Shown: one piece after another, positions 11,123-20,600 of the stretch | Position numbering within the stretch: position 1 is the stretch's first letter | Layout of the letters: each line of letters starts with the position of its first letter | NCBI GenBank assembly: GCA_965225855.1 | Contig: CBDDCK010000004.1 | Location: 96,001 to 160,000, forward strand | Length of the DNA: 64,000 nucleotides | Source of the DNA: Spirochaetia bacterium | GTDB lineage: Bacteria; Spirochaetota; Spirochaetia; SP-2023 | Reading direction: 5' to 3' | Program-made: the position numbers and the translations under genes | Notes under the pieces: generated by a model | Told to the model about the DNA's origin: nothing | Databases searched by the model: none | The model's input: the letters and a program-made list of their open reading frames with translations, nothing else

Positions 11123-11565
11123 AAATATTTGCCTGAATGCGAATATAACTTTTCCAACAAATACCCTTATGAAGATTTATTGGACGGTAAAAAACTCAAT
11201 TTTAACTGGAATCAAGAAGTACCAATGAAATTACGTTCTTTAATAGAGGCTATGCTCAACAGTGATTATAAAGAATGTCCTAATACTTAATGATAAGTGA
11301 TGCATTTGCTTATGCGTGTTATGCGTGCGGTGAAAAACTAATTTCTTTAGGCAAAAAAGAATTTAAAAGAATTTGTAAGGGAATTAAATGTATTGATAGC
11401 CGAAATTTATTTAAACGATTTTTTGTAAAAGATTCATCTAACTGTTATGTACTTACTGCTGATTCCCCTACCAAGTTTGAGCTTAGCAAGATATTAAGAG
11501 ACTGGGATATTGATAATGAACAATTAAACACTATAAAAAAAATTAATGACGTAAAACTCGATTAA
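11123..11565 (+). pseudogene. Possible Ser/Thr kinase C-terminal remnant, frameshifted into small ORF 11290..11565
   Basis: Startless frame 11123-11290 reads ...YPYE...VPMKLRSLIEAMLNSDYKECP, resembling kinase subdomains X-XI; AT-rich. Confidence 0.35.
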
Positions 11566-11918
11566 ACAAGATAATATAGAAATAAAATTTAAAGAATTTT
11601 GATACGATCGGAATGTTTTTTTGAAGACGATAAACTTAGCCCTAAGGTTGACACAAGCTCCCTAAAAGGAAATTTAACAAAAGACAAATCAAATAGAAAA
11701 AAATACAATCTAAATGGTTTTTACGAAAATTCATAGGTTGTCAGACTTTTTCAAAATCATCCCCCGTTTTTAGCAAGTCTTTTTGAATCCAATAATAATT
11801 AAAATAGTGAAATTGGCTGCTGGGATATTGAGTTGAGGGCTTGCCAAACTGTTGAGGAGGAAAGCCTGACACAACCCTTTGATTTTTTCAGCTTGCCTTT
11901 TTCGCTAAAAAGCAATGA

Positions 11919-12806
11919 TCACAAAATGATTTCAGCATGGCGGGCAGCGTGGCACTGCAAGTTCACCGCTACAGGTAATGAAGCAATATGGCACGGTGCC
12001 ACATTGACTTTTACGCCAATAGCACTAGTTTGGCCTCCCAAGCCCATAGGGCCAACGCCACAATTGAGAATCTGCTGTAATAAACTATCTTCCAGCTCTG
12101 CAGCTATCCGATCCTTGCTGTGGTCATTGAGTGGGCGCAGCAAAGCTTGTTTTGCCAACTCGGCACAACGTTCAAAATTCCCACCGATGCCAACCCCAAC
12201 AATTAAAGGCGGGCAAGGTTTTCCACCACCTTGCGTTACCGTTTTCAAGACATATCGGCATATATCCTCACTACTTGCCGATGGTGAAAACATTTTCAAT
12301 CGGCTCATATTCTCGCTGCCGGCCCCTTTGGGTGCTAGCATAATATGGACTTTATCACCCGCAATTATTTCAGTATGGAACACCGCAGGGGTATTGTCCC
12401 CTGTATTGACGCGAGCAAGCGGATGCTTAACTACAGATTTACGCAAAAAACCTTTGCTATATCCAGAGCGAATACCATTATGGATTGCTTCATAAGGGTC
12501 TGAAAGAAAATGCACGTTGCGACCGATTTTTAAATAAACCACTTGCAACCCTGTGTCCTGACATAAGGGGATACGCTCTTCTTGAGCCAATGCGCTGTTA
12601 TCTAGAATTTGTTGTAAAATTTCTTTGGCTAGAGCTGATGTTTCCTGTTTTAAGCCAGCCTCCAAATTGCTTTGCACTTCCTTGGGTAATTCGATACAAG
12701 CATGTTGTACAGCTTCTTCTACAGCATCTTCTAATAACTTGCAGTCAAAAAAACGTATATCTGGTCTAGTAGTTTTGCTCGAAATATCTATATTTTGTAA
12801 TGGCAT
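11919..12806 (-). CDS. Fe-S class I fumarate hydratase / L(+)-tartrate dehydratase, alpha subunit
   Basis: PLCQDTG, KGAGSEN, KPCPP, VGVGIGG and CHIASLPVAVNLQCHAAR motifs. Start moved to ATG 12806, with AGGAG RBS at 12812-12816. Confidence 0.92.
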   Translation of the reverse strand: MPLQNIDISSKTTRPDIRFFDCKLLEDAVEEAVQHACIELPKEVQSNLEAGLKQETSALAKEILQQILDNSALAQEERIPLCQDTGLQVVYLKIGRNVHFLSDPYEAIHNGIRSGYSKGFLRKSVVKHPLARVNTGDNTPAVFHTEIIAGDKVHIMLAPKGAGSENMSRLKMFSPSASSEDICRYVLKTVTQGGGKPCPPLIVGVGIGGNFERCAELAKQALLRPLNDHSKDRIAAELEDSLLQQILNCGVGPMGLGGQTSAIGVKVNVAPCHIASLPVAVNLQCHAARHAEIIL

Positions 12807-13154
12807 GTGGGCTCCTATAAAATAAAATTTTTGCTCATTATATAGCTCTCTTGAATACTGACCACCGTTAGCAAACCATAAATAAGGAAAGTAATACAAG
12901 TACCAACTAAAAAAATACTTTCCAATCCAGCTCCAATATTGCATGCAGACTATAAACAAATGAAATTTTGCATAATTTAAGATAAACCGCTAGGGACCTT
13001 GCTTGTACGATAGATATTCCTTAAGCTAGCCGCAATTATATTTTGGTGGCGACTGTGAAGACCTTGGCTTAACGAAGCCAAAAGATTTTGGAGTTTTCTT
13101 AACAAAAAATAATAAAACTTAAAATCACTTTCGTTTTTATTAAAGGTTGTATGA

Positions 13155-13703
13155 ATGGGAGATATGAGAGGCACGACTATAGTCGGAGTAAAATATAATG
13201 GCATGGTGGCCTTAGCTGGAGATGGCCAAGTAACTTTTAGTGAATCCATTATGCTGAAAAGCAATGCTCGCAAAGTTCGGCAAATTGCAGGGGGCAAAGC
13301 ACTGTGCGGTTTTGCAGGTTCGACTGCAGATGCTTTTACCTTGGAAGAACGCTTTGAAGCCAAACTTAAAGAATTTAATGATTTGACCCGCGCTGCGGTA
13401 GAATTGGCACGCGAATGGCGTATGGACAAAGCTCTAAGAAATTTAGATGCTATGCTACTTTGCGCTGACCCCCAACGCATTCTGTTGATCTCGGGCCGCG
13501 GAGATGTGATAGAGCCAGAACACAACGTAATTGCTATTGGTTCTGGCGGAGGTTATGCTTTTGCCGCAGCACGTGGCCTTCTTTCGGCAACAGAACAAAA
13601 TAATAACAATATGGGCGCTGGAGAAATTGCGCGCAAAGCATTGGAAATTGCAGCAGATATTTGCGTTTTTACCAACCAGCATATTATTGTAGAAACTATT
13701 TAA
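13155..13703 (+). CDS. hslV: ATP-dependent protease subunit HslV
   Basis: RGTTIVGV (catalytic Thr), [24 protein letters not shown]. Confidence 0.97.
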   Translation: MGDMRGTTIVGVKYNGMVALAGDGQVTFSESIMLKSNARKVRQIAGGKALCGFAGSTADAFTLEERFEAKLKEFNDLTRAAVELAREWRMDKALRNLDAMLLCADPQRILLISGRGDVIEPEHNVIAIGSGGGYAFAAARGLLSATEQNNNNMGAGEIARKALEIAADICVFTNQHIIVETI

Positions 13704-13735
13704 GTCTAAAAAAGACGGAATCTCAAGGAATTTTT

Positions 13736-15295
13736 ATGGCAAAGAACAGCAGAAAAAAAGAATTGAATATAGATGAGCTAACTCCGCAAGAATTAGTTCA
13801 AGAATTAGATCGCTATATTGTTGGCCAAGCTGCAGCCAAAAAAACAGTAGCAATTGCTTTGCGCAATCGAGTGCGCCGCAGCTTGTTGGACAAAGATTTG
13901 CAACGCGACATTACCCCAAAAAATATCATCATGATTGGCTCAACAGGGGTCGGGAAAACAGAAATTGCCCGTAGGCTATCGCAGTTATCTGGGGCCCCAT
14001 TTATTAAAGTGGAAGCCACAAAATACACCGAGGTTGGCTATGTTGGGCGCGATGTAGAATCTATGGTGCGGGACTTGATGAGGGCAGCGGTGAGCAGTGT
14101 TCGCAAGGAAATGCAAGAAGACGTTGATTCGTTGGCCCAATATTCTGCCGAAGAACAATTGTTGGATTTACTATTACCTAGCAATAACAAATCCAATAGT
14201 GCCAGTAATACGAAGACCGATGATGCAGAGCAAACTCACAGCCCAGAAAACCAAAGGAATCGCAAAAGTCGAGTAAACAAGGAAGAACAGGACAGTTTAT
14301 TTCCTGTTGAAGAAAATCAGATAGAAAAGAAAATAGCTGAGCCAGTTGTGCAAGAAGAGTCCAATAATCGCCCTGAACAAAAAGTGCGCGAAAAACTCCG
14401 CGATATGCTACACAGCGGCCAATTGGACGAGCGTATGGTCGAACTCCCAAACGAAAATGCCAGCCATGGCATGAATTTTGTCAGCAGTGCCAATGTAGAG
14501 ATTTTTACCAATATGCCAGAAGAGTTGGGCAATTTAGGTGAAAATCTACAAGAAGCGTTTAGCAATTTTATAGGACATAAACGCAATCGTTATCGGAAAG
14601 TGCCGGTCAAAAAAGCCCAAGAGATTTTGCTGCAAGAACATCGCGAAAAATTGGTTGATGAAGAAGCAGCAATAGATTTAGCCCGTAATCGTGTAGAAAA
14701 CCGCGGTATCATTTTTATTGATGAGATTGATAAAATTGCTGTGCGTGAAGGGCGTAGCCGAGGGGGTAGTGGCGAAGTTTCTCGCGAGGGCGTACAACGC
14801 GATATCCTGCCGATTGTGGAAGGTTCTCAAATCCGTACACGCTACGGTATGATAGATACAACTCATATTTTATTTATCGCTGCCGGTGCTTTTAATTTAA
14901 GCAAGCCATCGGATTTAATTCCCGAATTACAGGGCCGTTTCCCGTTGCGTGTCGAACTGGAATCCCTTACTGCCGAATCGCTCGAAGCTATTTTAAGCAC
15001 TCCAAAGAATTCACTAGTTTTTCAATATACCAAGCTTCTAGCAACAGAAAATGTAACTTTAAATTTTGAACCAAATGCATTGAAAAAAATTGCCAGCATC
15101 GCCTCGGAAGTCAACGCCAATACTGAAGACATCGGTGCTAGGCGGCTGCATACTGTATTAGAAACATTGCTCGAAGATATTTCATTTCATGCCAGTGATT
15201 GCGTTGGGCAAACAATAACCATTGATGAGGATTTTGTTAGCGATAAATTACGCGATATTGCAACTGATCAAGACCTATCACGCTATATTTTATAA
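13736..15295 (+). CDS. hslU: ATP-dependent protease ATPase subunit HslU
   Basis: GSTGVGKTEIARR, EATKYTEVGYVGRDVESM, FIDEIDKI, ELQGRFP and IGARRL motifs; ATG 13736 preferred as start. Confidence 0.97.
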   Translation: MAKNSRKKELNIDELTPQELVQELDRYIVGQAAAKKTVAIALRNRVRRSLLDKDLQRDITPKNIIMIGSTGVGKTEIARRLSQLSGAPFIKVEATKYTEVGYVGRDVESMVRDLMRAAVSSVRKEMQEDVDSLAQYSAEEQLLDLLLPSNNKSNSASNTKTDDAEQTHSPENQRNRKSRVNKEEQDSLFPVEENQIEKKIAEPVVQEESNNRPEQKVREKLRDMLHSGQLDERMVELPNENASHGMNFVSSANVEIFTNMPEELGNLGENLQEAFSNFIGHKRNRYRKVPVKKAQEILLQEHREKLVDEEAAIDLARNRVENRGIIFIDEIDKIAVREGRSRGGSGEVSREGVQRDILPIVEGSQIRTRYGMIDTTHILFIAAGAFNLSKPSDLIPELQGRFPLRVELESLTAESLEAILSTPKNSLVFQYTKLLATENVTLNFEPNALKKIASIASEVNANTEDIGARRLHTVLETLLEDISFHASDCVGQTITIDEDFVSDKLRDIATDQDLSRYIL

Positions 15296-15344
15296 TTCCA
15301 ATCAAGAGCGGCTGGAATCGCTTCGTATTCAGTCGCTCTTGATT

Positions 15345-16328
15345 TTATTGTGCTTGCGGATACATTCCCAATTTTTCCAATAATACTTTATCGCTATTGG
15401 TATTTTGATTATCCGTAGTGAGCAATTTATCCCCATAAAAAATAGAGTTTGCTCCAGCGTAAAAGCAAAGGGCCTGCATTTCTTCCGACATACGGGTGCG
15501 CCCTGCGGATAAGCGAATACGGGAAGCTGGCATCATAATTTTCGCTACGGCAATCGTGCGAATAAAATCAAAAGGATCGACACGAGCTTCTAAATTTAGA
15601 GCACTGGGGGTGCCTTCTACAGGGACTAACATATTGATCGGCACGGATTGTGGATGAGGTTCTAAAGCAGCTAAAGTACAGAGCATAGATGCTCTATCAG
15701 CTACTTTTTCACCCAAGCCAATAATTCCGCCGGTGCATACTTTTACCTCATGTTTTTGCAAACCCTTTAAGGTTTCAATGCGATCTTCATAACAACGGGT
15801 ACTCACGACTTTACTATAATATTCTTTAGACGTATCGACATTATGGTTGTAGTAATCCAAGCCAGCTTCTTTGAGCTCCTTTATTTGGGATTCGCTAAGC
15901 ATTCCCAACGTCATACAAGTTTCCAAACCTAATTCTTTCACACTACGCAAAATTTCGATCAATCGAGGCATATCGCTGTCATCAGGGCTGCGCCAAGCGG
16001 CACCCATACAAAAACGTCCGGCTCCTTGTTCTTTAGCTATTTTGGCCGCTTTTCTCACAGCTCCCACATCGAGTAGACCACTTTCTTCCACTCCACCACT
16101 GTGGTGAGAGCTTTGCGAACAGTAGCTACAATCTTCACTGCAACCACCACTTTTAATATTTAACAAAGTCGAAAGTTGTATTTCGTTGGGGTCAAAAAAT
16201 TGGCAATGCAGTGAATGCGCCCAATGGAGCAATTCCATAAAAGGCCTCTCAAACAAAGCATGGGCTTCGTCTTTGCTCCAATCATAGCGCAGGGTGTCTT
16301 CTATCAAGTTTTCTGCAACATCAATCAT
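15345..16328 (-). CDS. bioB: Biotin synthase
   Basis: Radical-SAM motif CSEDCSYC, RFCMGAAW, YNHNVDTS, SVPINML, RLSAGR; AGGAG RBS. Confidence 0.96.
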   Translation of the reverse strand: MIDVAENLIEDTLRYDWSKDEAHALFERPFMELLHWAHSLHCQFFDPNEIQLSTLLNIKSGGCSEDCSYCSQSSHHSGGVEESGLLDVGAVRKAAKIAKEQGAGRFCMGAAWRSPDDSDMPRLIEILRSVKELGLETCMTLGMLSESQIKELKEAGLDYYNHNVDTSKEYYSKVVSTRCYEDRIETLKGLQKHEVKVCTGGIIGLGEKVADRASMLCTLAALEPHPQSVPINMLVPVEGTPSALNLEARVDPFDFIRTIAVAKIMMPASRIRLSAGRTRMSEEMQALCFYAGANSIFYGDKLLTTDNQNTNSDKVLLEKLGMYPQAQ

Positions 16329-16339
16329 AGCTATCTCCT

Positions 16340-17341
16340 GTTTTTTGGTTTGATATTAGCCCATTGTGCGTTGGTACAAAACAGACCAATCAAAATGGAC
16401 ATGGTTAGGGTGGTTAGATGGAAGGCAATTCGCCTAACGATAAAGTCTTTCAAGGCAAGATAAACTTCTGCGTTATTATCAAAAAAAATAATGCTTATGC
16501 AATATCCATCGACAGATAAACACAGATTTTCGTAAGTATCACAAAAATCGCTCCAAGCTGATTACCAAACTTAATAAAAGAATCACATTCCTTCACAGTC
16601 AAGATCACGAATTTCTTTGTAAAGAAAACGGCCTTTACCGAGCATACTGTGAAGAATCAAAATCATTGGAACGCTACTTTTTGCCTTGGTTCCATAAACA
16701 AACCAACATACATTCTGCAAAGAGTAAAAATATTTTTACACTACAACGCCCCCGTATTGTACTGACAAACAAAGCATGTGTCTGTAGTTTGCTCTGCGGT
16801 AAGTGCTAGATTTGACTATTTCTTTCAGCGTTATTCGCTGTGTATCTCTATATTACAAGTTCTGTAGTATGCTATGGCTTTACGGTTTCACACCAGTTTA
16901 TTTGTTATGCAGTTTAGATGAATGGCAAACTATCTCTTTTAGCAACACGGCTGGCGGAGCAAGTAAGTTTCCCTTAGGTTTCCCTTCTTCAAACTCAACT
17001 TTTGAAGACTCTAAACACCAAGAAATAAAGTCCGGCAACTCAAATAACTTATAGTAAGGCAAACCAGTGACGGCAAACAGCCCCTCTTGCTTACTGCCTA
17101 AAAACCAAAGATGCTGTAATTTTTGCTGAACTTGGTTATTTAATCCGGCTAAAAAATCGCTAGCAAATCGCTCTTGGTGGGTAAACCCATAACTACAAAA
17201 TTGCTGGTAATAAAGTGGCGTTATGAAGTCTTTGCTAAACTCTTCCCAAAAGACCTTTCAAGCAGAAACATTCATTTGCTCCCTAAATTCAGCAAATTTT
17301 ACTAAATTCTCCCGTGTAATTGAACGCTTTTCCATGAACAT
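16340..17341 (-). pseudogene. Heavily degraded unidentified gene upstream of bioB
   Basis: ATG at 17341 opens MFMEKRSITRENLVKFAEFREQMNVSA*KVFWEEF...; long protein-like stretches are broken by stops and frameshifts. Confidence 0.35.
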
Positions 17342-17653
17342 GACTCTTCTACTCGCACTCTAATATAAATGAACTATAAAGCAAAGCCATCTATTCTAGC
17401 CTGCTAAAATAAAATGGATAATCAAAAACCATCTACAAGTTAGACCCGACTATAACACAGAACAAACTAAATGATCGTTGATATTTTAATTGTATTTAAC
17501 CTATACACATATCAGTTATCGGTGATACACAACCCAATTTAAACTATATTTACTCTGAATATCGGCGATAATTTTTCAAATTGCTATTGAGTATAACACA
17601 ACATTCTTTTTGAAGCCTCAATCAAAAGAAATCGATCTTTAAGATGCCTATAT

Positions 17654-20600
17654 TTATGAAGCCGATGGCAACATTTCCAATATCAATTCGACTTCACCAA
17701 CACTCAATTGCGTTGCCCGAGCAATTTCACTACTACTCCATTTTTTACTATGCAGCTGGACAACGGTATTGCGCACATCACTGTCCATCTTACTTCCATT
17801 ATTCACACCCAGAGAACCTCGTTCATTCGGGCGGTTTTTGCGTACAATCGTTTCAACCGTGTGCAAGTTACTTTGTATATTTTCTGACAATTCCAGCATA
17901 CGAGTTTCGGTTTTAGCGATCCATTCGCGCATTTTATCGATCCCCTGACTGTCTGCATGTAACTCGTTAATAGCTTGTTGCATCTCTTGTAGTTCATCTT
18001 GAGTGCTGTGTAACTGTTGCTGCTGCTGTTCTAATTCTTGCTCTAATCCTTTTGCCTTGCCAAAACCCAATTCTAAAGGTTGCAGCTGTTTCTGCATTAC
18101 TTCTATCTTTTGTTCCAAGTCACTCAGATTATCATTATAGCTATGAAGTAAGGAAGCAGCTTCCAATAATTGCTCTTTGCGCTGATCAAGCAATTCCAGT
18201 AAATCACTGCTTTCATTGTATAAATATTCTAGTTTGTCCAAATGGCTTTGATACGATGACATCTTTTGCTGTTGCTGTTCTAAGCTTTCACGCTGTTGAT
18301 ACAGGCTTCCAGACAATTCTAGCACTTGTTCCATCTGCTGTTCCATATCACTTAGTTCATTGCGCCGAGCTAATAAAGTTGCTAGCTGTTCTGAAGTTTT
18401 TTGCCCAATTTGGCTATTTTCATTCAGCGTACTTTGTAACTGCGATATATCTTTTTCCAGTTCACGAAGTAAGTATTCTTTTTCTGCCAATGCTTGCAAA
18501 TTCTCTTGTAATTTTAAACTATCTGGCAAAGCCTTGCGTACATTCGCTAAATTATTCTCTGAAGTATGAATAATTTTATTCAAATCATCGACATCTTTAC
18601 GCATATGGGCCAAGTCATCACGCAGAGCCTTACGTTCATCAGAATTTAATTGGTGCAATTCACGGGTATTCGATAAAATATCTTCATAAAACTGACGGTA
18701 GTTTTCTTCCATTTCCTGTTTCAAAAGCTCAGAACGCTGTCCCACATTTCTTGTCAAATTCTGGCTTAAATTTTCTATAGATGCTTCTTGTTGTTCACTT
18801 AAATTTTGTAAATGTTTTAATTCATCAATTACTCGTTCTCTCTCTCGCTCCATTTTACCCTGTAAGTGTTTATGCAAGTTTTCAAATTCCTTACGCTGTT
18901 TTAACATTTCCTCTTGAGAGGCCAATTGTTGTTCTTGCCAGAATTCATTTCGCTTGTGCTGAGCCTCTTGCGCAGCTTTTGCTTGTTGAGCATTTTGTTC
19001 TGCCAAAAATTTCTTGTGCCATTGCTCCAATTGAGAAATTAAATTCTCTTCCTGTTTTTCTTTTAAATTTTTGCTAAATTCAATGAGACTTTTACTTAAA
19101 GCCTCTTTTTGTTCTTCAAAAGATTCAACAAAATTTTTGCTCCATTGCTCCAAAGCCTTATACTTTTGTTCTAACTTGCTATCAAAATCCTTCTGATATT
19201 CTTTTAATAAATCATTACTTTTCTGGTCGCACTCCAGCAAACCTTGCTGATGTAGTATCGCCTGATCTTGAGCACTTTGTTCAACTTGAGCTAACTGGTA
19301 ACCGATATTACTGCGCAATTCAGTAATAGAATATTCAATCTCTTTGCGCAACTCCACCGTATGATCGGATAAATTTTTATTTAAAGAATCCATGCGTTCA
19401 TTGGCATCTTGCTCAAATTCTTGCAACTGTCCTAACACCTTAGTTTGCTCAACATGCGTTTCTTCGATACGGGCCTGTTGCTCTTTTTGCTCATGTTTAA
19501 ATTGCTCTAATAGCGTATCAAACTCTTCTTTTGCATTGGAAAAATTTTGAGTCAAAGTTTCCCATAATTTATCTTTTTCTTGCTGTGTTAGAGCTAATTC
19601 ATTTTCTAAAGTCTGTTGTTTCGTTTGTATCAATTTTTTCTGAGCAATAAAATGTGTCTCACTTTCCTTCCCCAAAATTTCAAAATGCTCTAGCCAACTT
19701 TTTAAACGCTGTTGTATCTTTTCTTGTACTTCACTTTCAAATTTTGCACCTAAAGATTCCAAAGCCTCAAGCTGTTTGACACGAATTTGTTCCATTTCCT
19801 GCCTCTGCTCTTCCAAACGGGCTTGCCAATTCTGTTGTTGCTGTCTTTGTTCTTCATATTGGCTGGACAACTGGGTTGTAACCAGTTCTTTATTTTCTGC
19901 CAAATCTTTACGATTATCACTCAGCCAATCCTCCCAAACTTGATTTTGTTGTTCCCGAGCATTTTTCTGTTCGCTCAAAAAAGATTGAAGTTCTTTGCGG
20001 TTTCGTACCAACTCCAGTTGAGTATCCTGATGCGATTGAACCTCCCTACGCCCTTCATCTAGTCGCTCCTGCCAACATTCTAAAAAATTGCGCTGCCTCT
20101 GATGATATTCTTCCAGAGCTTCTTCTTGTTCATGCCAAATTTTATCGAGGTGTTCCAACGCTTCCTGACGCTGCTCTACTCTACGCTGTAGTCCCTCCTC
20201 TGAATTTTGGCCTACCTGTTCCAATCGCTCATGCCAATGTTTATCAGCCACATTTAAGTTTTCAGAAAAACGCTCGTGCAATTTTTGCAGCTTTTCATAA
20301 GCTTTTTGCTGATCTTCTTCCATTGAGCCATGGAGTTCTTGCTTTCGCTCTGCAATTTCATCGTAAATAGTTTCAAATTCATCACGGGCATTATCTTGAA
20401 AATTTTTCAAATAATTTTCTTGACGCTGCAGCATTTTTTGCTCTGCAAGCTTAACATTTTTCTTAACAATACCAACTTCAGCCTCTGCCGAAACTTTAGC
20501 ACTGCGCAGGTATTGCAATATTTGTTTTTGCTCTAAATCCCTTTTTTTCTGTAAATTACTGGCATTTCTCAAAGCTTGTTGCAGACGATTCCAATTTTGT

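Noticed and set aside
16330..16450. BirA operator upstream of bioB
   Set aside because: No TGTAAACC-N-GGTTTACA-like palindrome seen
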